From assembly GCA_012295275.1 (NCBI GenBank), contig CM022665.1:43028001-43092000 (forward strand): a DNA stretch of 64,000 bases, written 5' to 3'. Positions within the stretch are counted from its first letter, which is position 1. Each line of letters opens with the position of its first letter. The translations under genes were made by a program, and so were the position numbers. Of the stretch, positions 1-12,547 are shown in pieces. Origin of the DNA: Chrysomallon squamiferum (Eukaryota; Animalia; Mollusca). The notes below the pieces were generated by a model. It saw nothing but the letters and a program-made list of their open reading frames with translations. It searched no databases and had not been told where the DNA came from.

Positions 1-1161
1 TTGGCACATTTTCCATTTCATTCTTTTATAAATAAATTTACTACCATATTTAACATTTTCCAGCTGGTAGGGGCATTGTTTCAGTATTTGTTTTAAAAAG
101 TAGTAAAATAAAAAAAATTGTAATTATTTTTTCTATTAACCACTAATTCACGTACATTTTATATGTAATTAAAAAAAAAAAAAAAAATTAAAATTAAAAA
201 AAAAGAACAACAGCTATCATGTTTATATTTTAACTGTTAGAAACCTGATGGTAACAAGGGTAAAAACTTTAAAAAAAAGTTTCCTGAAACTTATTGCTAT
301 AAACCAGTCTCATACTGCAAGTATTATGACCATTTCAACACAATGAAATTATTCTCATTGTATTCTTACATTCATTCACATACACACACGCATGCACACA
401 CACACATTCATATTCAGAAAAGCTGATGTTTTTAAATTTTCAGAAATGCAGTGAAAAAAGACGAATATCTAATCTGAAAAAAAAAGAAATAAAAAATACT
501 GAATTTAAGTTATTGATAAATTAATGGACATATGGATCCTGTGAAGAGATACCAGCAGTTAGCACCATTCTATAATGTAATGAAACTTGACATTCATCAA
601 TACTCTACAACATTCATCCACACACACACACAACACATTCACACTGACATTCCAGTAAGCTTAATGCCCAATCATAGCCACACATACATGCGTATATACG
701 TAATTTTCCTGGTTTTTACGTGGTCTATTATGTAGATAAATGGTTAACAAAGTATTTTATCATTCTTTCCTGGTCAATCCCTGCCAGTAGCCAGGTTTAG
801 GAAATGATTTGTCTGTCACAGTGGTTCTGTGGTAGAAATACATCATTAAAAACTTGCACAAACAGTTTCGAATGTACCGTTAATTTACAATTAAATTTCA
901 TTATATGTATCCATGCTGATAAATTTCACTGAGCTGTACAGTGGTACATCCAGTAACAATGCAGTGGTTTCAGAACCTTCGTAACAGACAGTCACTGTCA
1001 GTTATTATACTGAAACAGTCAGCCCCAACTGGAAATAAGCCTTTTTATATATATTTTTTAAACTGTCAGGAATGAAAGACATATCTGTCACATGACATTT
1101 TTAATTCATTTTTTAAATTTTTTTTATTTTTCAGTTTTTATTTTTTTTTTTTCATTGCAAC

Positions 1162-4100
1162 TCAGTCTGATTCCATTTCTTCTTCACCATCATCATCATC
1201 ATCATCATCACTGTCACCTTCAAGTCCATTCTCTACAGCTTCTTCTTTCTCGTCTTCATCCATGTTTGAAACTTCTTCCCAGTTGTCCTGTGAAATACAG
1301 AATGTTTCTTTAGAATATAACAATAAATAAATAAAAAAATTCCTATGAGTTAATACAGCAATATATTCTCAAACTTGGGATTCTAGTTCAAAATCTTTCA
1401 GAGAAGGCCAAGTAAATTTTTTTATTTTTCAATAACATGGTGTTATTTGAATGACAACACAATTATATTGTAATTCAGTTTGGTTGTGTGGCAAGACAAT
1501 TTCTTGTGTTTGCAGTTTTCATGCAGTCTCACAGGAAGAGAATCATATAGTAGTATTAGCATTTAATTAATTTGGTCCAATCCTCTTTGTTGAAATTGGG
1601 TATACTTAAATGTACAGTATGTTCACAATGAATCAGATTTTAGTGAATTTATTATATAAACCATAATGAACTTTATCCAGAATACGATCCCACATTTTTT
1701 TTAAATCATACTTCTTCTCACAAGCTAGTTGTTTTTAATCTTTTATTTCAATGCGTCTTATGACAAACAATTTTTGGTAACATTGGGACAGTGTGGCAAA
1801 ATTAAATACTGTGATGCAAGTATGATGAATTATGTAGCATAGTTTATGTGCATTTATATATTATAAATTCTTAGTTTTTACTGTCAAACTATGATGGAGT
1901 AGAGGCTCAAGTGGTTGCTGTGATCCAGGTTGAGAAATATGTTAACATTTGGGTTTTCATTTTTGTTTAAAGCATTTCTGCATGATCCCTCACATTCTTT
2001 AATGTTCTAAGGGTACTACCTTAATGGTTAAATGTTAATATCTGGATTTTTATTTCTTTAAAACATTTCTGCATATTGACCTACCTCTGATTCACTGGGT
2101 AAGATATTTTCAATGGGAAATTCTTCATCTGAAGATTCTGTAACAGCAAAAAGTGAACAGAATTAAAAATATGAATATGAAGAACATGAATGAAGACATT
2201 ACTAACAACAGTCATTTCTATCAGTGTTTTCTGGCCTCAGCTCATTTCAGTTTAACTTTGGATTAAGGCTAGAACAAGTTTTTAAAAGTATTTTTCAATT
2301 TACTGAATGCAGACATATTAATGAAAAGTATTTTTTACCACCACTAACTGGTAACATTTTATACTGTGATAATAAATGGTGTATCATAGATTTAGAGTCA
2401 AAATGATAAATTTCCAGTTATTGTTTTTTAATGGCTGAATGGCAACACAGTCTGACTTTGGAATGTTGAAGTGTCATCAACAGCACATGACTGGACTTTG
2501 TCCTCCAGTGTGTTCCTGAATACTGTCTACGTGCAGAGTCTAATCAGACAGACGTACATACAACAGAAAACATTCAAATGGTGAAATACATTCATACAGT
2601 TCTTTTTGTTTTCAGTTAAGCACAAACAACACTAACCGTCCTGATACATCAGCAATGGCGGCTCAGCAGCTCCAGAAGCTTCGTCTTCTGTATCATTTGT
2701 TGTTATCTGTGAAAAGATTTTCATCACACAGTTAGGACATTTCGATCCATGGCTGAAGAAAGCTCTCAAGAGCAGTAGAGTTAAGAGTGGCAGGAAAAAA
2801 ACAACCATGATCTGATAATCTTATTCATTTAGTTCAAAGAATAATTTGTGACTGATGACAAATCTTTTGTGTATACTGAATGGAACTTTTGTCAAAGCTG
2901 AAAGCTTCTCTATAATATGTAACTTATATACAAGTGAAAAAAATTATAAGAATTTAAAATATATATTTATTAAAATTAAAATTAAAATATTTATTCTAAA
3001 TTAAATTAAAAAAATAAATAAAATAAAATATATTAGGCACATCTATTAGTTTATCTGTTTCTGTAAGTAATTATTTTGTTAGTAAAATTGTGTTTGTTTT
3101 TCAAGTATCAGTAACCTACCTGTGTTAGCATGAGATCCAGCTTTCCTTGTAACTGTGACAACCTGCTGAAAGTGGAAACTCTTGAATCCATCATCTGATA
3201 AAGTGAACTTAATTTTTCAATAATATCTGGAAACTTTAGAGAGAAAAGGAAAAAACAAAAATATTTTTTTATCAAAATGATTGAACTTATAAATACATGT
3301 TTATGATGTTATTAAAACTTTGATCTCTTCTCAGTGAATTTAAAGAGGGGGAAAAAGGTGAAAATGTGACAATTATAATTAAGATATCTATGGCAATGGA
3401 AAAAAAAAAAAAAAAAATTCAACCAGAGATTAATAAAACAGTTTTATATGAATGGTCATGAACAGATGTATAATATAATTATATGTAACAGGAGAATAGA
3501 AATTTATAAAGTAGTTTGCTTAAAAATACATTTGACATTTTTCTATGTTAGTAACACATGTACTACTGATTTAACCAGATGTCAAAGATTTTGGTATGAT
3601 GATGATGATGATGATAAAAGAAAGGAAACTTGCTGTTTTCATTGCAGAGGCAATAAAACGTAAATTAGCAATAAAAAATCTGTTACAGTCACAATCTCAC
3701 TGACAGGAAAAACAGACACATGAGGTTTACTAGTCAAACAAGTGTATCAATGATTACTGATTGAGTAATTTATTTCAGATTATCAGATAATGATGATACA
3801 GAAGAAGAAAAACAATCCTGGGTGACTACTTACAGTGATTAAGTAAGACATATGTATGGACAGCACACATCTGATCCATTTCAGTGTTATAAATCCACTG
3901 AAATACAGAACAAAAAATATGTTTTCAATAATTTAATACATCATATAAAATTAAGAACATTCAATTTTTTATATATAATACTGGCAAATGTACATAATTG
4001 AACTTGCTGCACAACATATCTACAAACAAATTTATATATATTTTTATATATATATATATCATACTGAAAATCATGACAATGAAATTAAAATATGATTACA

Positions 4101-4519
4101 AGATTAACAATTCCAACATTATTAATGCTTACAGAAAATAAGTGAATAAAAATCATAATAAATAAAATAATATCTAAAGCAAAATTTTCTTTTAATAAAA
4201 GCTGTAACATTTCAACAGTAAGTCATAAGATGCAAAACACTTTGTTCATGTGCTTCTCTTATTAAAAAAATCTAAATTTAATTCACTGGTATTTCTGATG
4301 TAAGCTCCTGTGTCACAGAATGTTATGAAAACATAAAGTTTTCAACAAGAGCCACATCGCTGTTGCGCCATGGGGACAATGTCAGCATCAGTGGAATGAT
4401 TCTGACATTGTATATAAGGTGCAGTTAAGTTGCAACGTTATTGTGGCAGTTATTTAAAAAATACATTGCCATTTCTTTAGTATTATATGTTTAATATCAC
4501 ATCATTTGAGGAGAATTTC

Positions 4520-4570
<51 letters not shown>

Positions 4571-7500
4571 CTATATTTATATAGCACTTTTTCCATACTA
4601 AATAAGTTCAATGGTGCTTTACAGAGTAATAAAACAAAATATATAAAGACATGGACATAAAATTAAAAACATATTAAAATAAGTGTAAACATAATGGTGA
4701 ACATGTTAAAATGGTGGTAAAATTAAATGAGTCACATTTCAAAGTTGCATAAGATTATTAATAGACCAGTTTGAACATTTTAAAATGGGAAACATAAAAC
4801 ATAACTATATATTAATTAAGTGGATTTGAATGAAATGGGTCTTTAGTAGAGTTACTGATATCATGATTGTACTTTATTATTACTGAATCATTTGGAAATG
4901 TATAAAAGATTTCAACATTTTATTATCACCATATGTACATTTTAATATTATTTTAATTTTAAATCTGTCACAAGTATTTTCTTCTTCAGTGGTAAAATCA
5001 TCACAGTACGCAAGTAACAAATAATTTATTAGTAAATGCATCTGTTCCTGGATCCTGTTATTCCAGCTGTAGCAATTTCACCTTCCTTCCATGTTCATAT
5101 ATTAATATTTATCTACTTTGAAAACCACACTGCAGTAATGTCCACAAAGCATTTCTCATGCCAGAAGCTTTGAAACACACATTCAAAAAAAAAAAAAAAA
5201 AAGAAAGAAGACTTTTGTTTATGTAAATGTTTCAGTTCCTCCTCTTCTCTTTCTTTGATATAATCTCAATCTTTGTTCACATCCAGTTTCCTCACATTTT
5301 CCTTTTCAGTTGTTTTTGAAAAGCTGACAAAGATCTCATTTAAAATCCAGTCTTTATACTTGAAGATAAAGTGATGTAAAAACACCATAAACACTCATTT
5401 TGAAAGTAGAAAAACTGGTGCTCTCCTCTTGATTAGACAACATCTTTATAAATTTTGTATTTGTACACAACAAAACACTTGCATTCATTCTTAACACTTT
5501 CATCAAAAACTGCTGATTTTTCCTTTAAAAGCTGGGAACAATATTCCTTATTGTCTTTGCACGTTAAGAAACACAATCACTAACTCAACAATGAAATACT
5601 TAAAAAAAAAAAAAAAACGTCCATGAATTATAATGCCTTTTCACAAATCTGTCTGAAAATAATTCTAACACCAAGGTAAAAACACAAGCCAAGCTGAAAC
5701 TTGAGAAACAACAGCACAGTAATTTTGCTTTTGAGCTACACTGACTGCCGGAGAAATCCAATAAGTAGCTGAAAACAATTGTCTATGAAAGCTGCAAGTT
5801 AGAGATCTGGTAAACTTGATAGTAATATTTACACTAAGAACAAGAAGCAATAAAATAATTTTTTAAAAAAAGACCGACAAATAACACTAGTATCTTGTAT
5901 GCTAATAGTTTTACCATGAATATTATGTGAATATTCAGATTCGGTGTTAGCTACAGATACTGTTGCACCTGGGGGGCAATGTCAACATCATGGGGTGAAG
6001 GTGACATCGTATAAAAGGTGCAGGTACATTTTATGTTTACTCAGAATTGTATACGATCTCAAATACAAAATAATGTGTAAAATGTTTAAAATTAAAATTT
6101 GACTTTTATAGTTTCAAGAGTTTAAGATCAATTTAAAATGATTTAATATTGTTATCATATTTAATATAATTAAAAAAAATAATAAATAAATAAACTAAGG
6201 ATTGATGAATAAAGAATAAACATGTACAAATAAAAACATCTATTCTAGGAATTATTTTATTGAAATTTAAAGTTTTTTAACAAACGGATATGAAAAAAAA
6301 AATAGTTACTAATCACCAGGATTTTTTTTTTTTTTTTTTTTTTTTAAAGAAATACTCTTCTTAAGTTTTTCAGCTTTAATCTTAGACAAATATGTAACAA
6401 AAACAAAGGCATTAATATACTGTGACATGCTGGAGTGCACGTGAACCAGAATTAACAATCATTTTATTCTCTACCTTTGTGGAGATCCCTGCATTCTGCG
6501 AGTAAGTTCATTGATGAGGGGAAGAATGGCTGTGATAGGCAACTTCTTTATTGTGTTCTTCAGAAGATTCTCATTGCCCTTTTGTAAGACTTGCTGAAAG
6601 GCAAGACAGTGAATATATTTTATTACTTCAACTATTACTGTTATTTTAAATTAATACAAACATTCTACAATCATGCTAAAACATCTCAGAACTTAAAAAT
6701 AAGTGAGGAAATACTGTCTAACTATCATGCAAAATATTTTACCTTTATTGTTAGGGGTTTTGTATCAATCATTTATTTACTTCTGTTTTTTATTATTATG
6801 ATGAGGAAACAAGGATACTACACTTCCAAAGAATACTCTTGTCAATAAGGAACAAAGACACATTACGTATGTAGAAAAGCAGAAAACTGTTTGACAGTTG
6901 ACCACACAAGTATACAGGAGTGTGCAGAAGACATAACTCATGAGATAAAAACTGCAGTTCCTCTACATAACTAATGCATAAACATGAGATTGTCTTTCCA
7001 AACTCAGAGAAGTTCACAGTCTCCAACACACAAAGCATCAGGAAATGGCTCAGTAGACACACAGAACCAGTCCAATGAGAAAGTGCTAAGCAGTGACAAA
7101 CAACATCCATTAAATTATAAATTCAGAAACACAAATATAGTCCATAATATTTTTATAATTAACATGCACACACATCCTCATATAGAAGACATAGATCTAG
7201 ATATAAAATCATTATCACTAGTAGTATTACTTTCTGTTACGTATTTCTACTCTTACATTTAATATTTTTGAGTCGTTGCTGGTCAAGCCCTGTGTTAAAA
7301 GCTGAGCTAAGTTGTCAGCTACTGGTGGTTTCACTGTTGATGTTTTCTCAATACTGATTGCATCCAGTCGCTGTTCCATGGTCAACTGAAAAAATCACAT
7401 TTATAATCAACGACTGCATGCATGCTAAAAATAGTGTGTGAACTTCTAAGAGGCTATTTTGTTTTTCCATTATTAAAATATGTAAGTATGGTAATAAATA

Positions 7501-10500
7501 AGCAAAATTGGTTAATAATGTTTTCCCCTGCTGTCACTACATATTGAACTAATCCAGAAATTAAAAAACAAACTTTTTCTTTTATTATACCATATGTATA
7601 TATGGCAATAAATGTGCAGAAATGTTTGCCACTGTTTTCCCTTGCTACCCACATATACTGAATCAATACAGAAATTAAAACAATTAAAAAAAAAAAATAA
7701 AAAAATAATTATTAACACATGTAAGGATGATAGTGTATGAGCAAATATGCTTGCTCACTATGTTATGAACTGATACAGAAATTAAAATAATAATAATTAA
7801 AAATTACAGCAGGTATTAAAAATGTCGGTGATTTGAAATGCTCACCTCTCCTGTGGAAACTTTCCGTTTTCTGGATCTGGCCGAGCTTTCTTTCACTGAC
7901 GGCTCTCTGGGCGCCATGTGACCCGGCACTAAGACTGTCGCTTCTTTTGAGACATCTGGGGTCCTCACCTAGTGCAAGAAGAAACGTGAGAGTTGATTTC
8001 TGATCAGTTTAAGAATTAAATTTAGATTTTTTTAAATTCAGAGATTACCTTTACTAAATTATCGTTTTATTATCTTGAGGATTACATATTTATTTAATTT
8101 TGTGTGTGTGTGTGACAGACATGGCAATAAATACATATATTTTTATTTATTTTTCAATTAATATTATTAAAATTTATGAGAATTTTTATGCTAAATTGCC
8201 ATTTCATAATTCTGTGAATTGCATGTGAAATGTAACCATTTTTGTACATATTCCGTATACAAATATTCACCAATGTTCAATTCAACTGTAATCAACCTTC
8301 AGTTTAACTATTTATAAAATATTCTGCAACTTCCCCTTAATCAAATGCTAGCTATACTGTGATATGAGGTCTCTGTTCTAAAAAGCAATTCTATGTCACA
8401 CAATATCGTCCTGTGTTTCCAGAGTAAAGAAACTCAAGATAGCGATTGTGTCAGTTAGTCTTGCACTTTCTGACAGCCCACAACGTACTTTGTAATCAGA
8501 GTGGGGAAGAGTGAGTGCTGTATAACTGATATAACTAATATAGATACAATATGGGGAACAGTGGGTGCTGTATTTCTCACATAACTAGTACAAATTGTGG
8601 AATAATGGGTGCTGTATTTCTGATATAACTAGTAGATATATAAAATAAAATAAAATTATTTTATGTATACTTGTAATGGTACAGTGAGAATTTTAAATTG
8701 TATTAATATATGATATATTATTATCTTTGAATCTGTAATTAAAGGTGCATAATCCACATTTCGTTTTAATTTAGAAAAATTTCAGCCATTTTACTACAAA
8801 TCTAATTATTCTGAGATTACCTGAAGGTTTAATAATACCTCAGTACATACATAATACAAATTATCACATCCCAGCATTGTGGTTTTGTAACAATATACAA
8901 GCTTAAAAATGGCAATGAGATACATTAACATAAATATTTTAAATCAGACAGGGAAGCATGTAACTGCAGTATCTGACACCCATGATAAGGAGCACTGGCA
9001 ATACCAGTCAACAGTCCAGTAAATCACAGCTGAAGATTAATCTTCAAACTTACAAATCATTAGATAATCACACCAGAATTACAGTTAACATAACTATTCA
9101 AAACAGAGGTTGTTTTCATATTCATTCTGTTAATGTCTGCACACAGCAGGTCCATACCAACATGATCAGATCTAGAAAGGGAAAGTGTACAGTTTTCTGT
9201 AGCATTCATATTTACTGCAGATATCACTGACATGACATCTGTAGCAAACGAAGAATGCACTATTTTAAAACAATGTCTTACAGTTGAAAATTCATCATCA
9301 ACTTTTCGTAACTGCTATTTTAATTAAAGGTTTTTAAAAATTAAATTAAAAATAAATAAAAATATATTTCTAAATGCTTGTTTACCATGGAAGACATTTC
9401 AAATGGATGCTTAAGCAGAAAGCTGGGATATTGATGAAAGAATTTGTATGGCCACAAATTACATATAAACCCAAAGAGCAGAAAAATTCTTTAAAAAGTA
9501 ATTAAAAAAAAATCTTAAATAATTTTAGCTGGATATTTTTATACTTTTTCGCAAGTACTATTGGGTTTAATTATTTTTTTTATTAAAAAGTAGAAATTAA
9601 ACATAACTGTGACTGAAACCTATTTTTTAACACAACAGGCTGAGTGGGAAAATTCATCATCAGTAAGTGCACATACATTTAGCTTTGAAAAATTATTAAA
9701 ATAAATAAAAAACATATAAAGCTATGAATACAGTTCAAAAATGATAAATATTTTGAAAAAGCAATTCTCTGTCACACAATATCGTCCTGTGTTTCCAGTG
9801 TAAAAGAAACTAAAAAAGATCTTAAATTTTGTCAGTTAGATATTTTCTTACTTTTTCTGACAGCCTATTGGGTTTAATTATTTTTTTAATCAAAGTGGGG
9901 GGAAGAGTGGGTGCTGTATTTCTGATATAACTAATATAGATACAATATGGGGAAGAGTGGGTGCTGTATTTCTGATATAACTAATATAGATACAATATGG
10001 GGAAGAGTGGGTGCTGTATTTCTGATATAACTAGTACAGATACAGACTGTGGAATAATGGGTACCGTATTTCTGATATAACTAGTAGAGATACAATATGG
10101 GGAAGAGTGGGTGCTGTATTTCTGATATAACTAGTATAGATACAAACTGTGGAATAATGGGTGCTGTATTTCTGATATAACTAGTAGAGATACAATATGG
10201 GGAAGAGTGGGTGCTGTTTAACTGATATAACTAAATAGATATAAATAAATGTTTTATTTTATGTACACTTGTAATGGTACAGTGAGCATTTTAAACCATA
10301 TTAATTTATATTTATATATACATCTATATATACTATTTCCTTTGGATCTGTTATTAAAGAAAAAAAATTTAGGAAAAAAAAATTTAATTATTATTATCAC
10401 CAAGTTCTACATGATAATTCAGTGAGATACAGCAAAAACAGACCGACTCTTATTACCAGGACATTCGTATTACAAATGTAAACATGATGCTGAAAAAAAG

Positions 10501-10743
10501 TCTGCCATTGATACATACACATAACAATTTTGTGAGAAAAAATATAACAACAATAAAAATACCAAGGCAAAGGTGACCAGAAGATCCATACATTTCTTTA
10601 TGAGAGTTTGTCTCAAATTTTACTTATGTTAGTGTTACACAGAACTCACCTTGGTGAAATTTGAGTCGTTCTTTAGTGCAGCCAGCGTAGGTTCATCTCT
10701 TATCAGACACACATTGTGCTGTGATTTTTCATATTCCTGAAAA

Positions 10744-10779
<36 letters not shown>

Positions 10780-11232
10780 AAAAATAATAAAAGTAATGGT
10801 GGTAACATAGTAATAATAATAACAACAGTAAAAATAATAATAAATATGGAAATAATGAAGATCATCATAAAAATAAGAATAATACTAATGGCAAATATAA
10901 GACTGTAATATTAATAAGAACTGTGACCACGATACTTTAATGTGATAGCGCATTTCATCCTGACTGTACATACATATATGTTAAGCATCTTCTGTATTGA
11001 ACAAATGTTATGTGTAATAACACACTCAAGTCTTTTTCAGTGAGCATTTGCACAGCATCAAACACATGATTAAGGACCACACAGACAAAGAAAATCCACT
11101 AACAACAATACGAAGGGTTATAAGCTTTTTCATATCATCCTATTACAAGAACATGGTTTATCTCTCAAGAACATGCTTTTTTTTTTTTATCTCTAACTGA
11201 AAACAAGAAAATATTTTATACAAAGTAAAAAA

Positions 11233-11264
<32 letters not shown>

Positions 11265-12509
11265 GGAATAAACACCTTGAAAAATAAATATATTTGTATA
11301 TTGGGAAAATGTCAGTTTAATTAATTATTTTTTTAAAGTTAACATTAAAAAAATAACTAACAAAATTTAAAATAATAATAAATAAATGTGTGTAGTAAGA
11401 GAACAATCACATACAAGTCTTTCAAAAGAGGGTTTTATGAAATTTCCGTACGCCAGCAGAATTCTCCTCTCGTCTTCTCGGGCTATGTGAACAGCCAGGC
11501 TGGGGATTGGGTGTGGAACATCATCTTTACCAGACGGACAGGCAATCTGGATTGTAACCTTTGGCTGCAGTGGAGCTTTTAGTTTACTGAAAAATAATGA
11601 AAATAATGTAAATAAACAAGTAACTAACTAACTGACTGACTGACTGACTGAAGTAGATAAATAAAAATTAAAAAAGAAATTTTATAATATGGAAATTTTG
11701 AAAATACACCCTAAAAATACAGATTTAACTATATTTGATGCTGAATGTAACATCCAAATTATTAATGTTTAAGCCCTCCTTTTCAAAATGCAAGCAAATT
11801 TTTCTTAAATTGGTATGTTTGAAGAAAGAAAAAAAAATGTAGTTTAATATTATTATTCCATTAATAAAATGCAAAATTCAAGCCTAATTCAAAATCAATT
11901 TTAGTAATATAAATAAATAAAATAAATAAAATAAATAAATTACCAAACATTTTAGTCTCAATATTCTGTGAATTAACATTAATTAAAACTCCTGGTTACT
12001 TACCCATTTAAAAGATGTTCAAATACCAGCACCTGACCATTTTTACACACCACTGCCAACAGCAGGGTCTAAAAAAGAATATTAAAATATAAAATTCATT
12101 TCAACACATTAAAATGTTATGGTTACAGGAATTTCAAAGCATTAAATTATTATAACTCCATTTAACTGACTACACTATCGACTTTTAACTGAAAATTCCT
12201 TTGAAAAATACATGAAAAATATTAAATGAAGTATTTATAGATGTTCCCCTTTACTTTTCTTAAACTCTTAATACAGTGGTCTTTTTAATTAAAATATTGA
12301 TAATAACTATTATATTAAATAAAATCAAAATGCTAAGGACTTTAACAAAAAAAGGATTCTGAGAATATGATTTTGAGAACAGTTTTAGACAATTTCTCAC
12401 CTGATCTTGTGACGATGTATTCAGGTTTAGCTGTACTGGTTCATCAGGTAAAGAAAAAGATGACACTGCATTCTTTTCAGTACAGTCTTTGTTAACATAC
12501 CTTGAAGTA

Positions 12510-12547
<38 letters not shown>

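Noticed and set aside
9060-9260. Duplicated small ORF MHSSFAT... (also 15252-15443)
   Set aside because: It starts at GTG and overlaps the family B snoRNA. The similarity is explained by the duplication.
11036-11140. Possible C/D snoRNA with GCAAAUGCU complementary to 18S AGCAUUUGC
   Set aside because: No canonical C box, only 9 bp of complementarity, and the D+5 position does not fall on the expected A.
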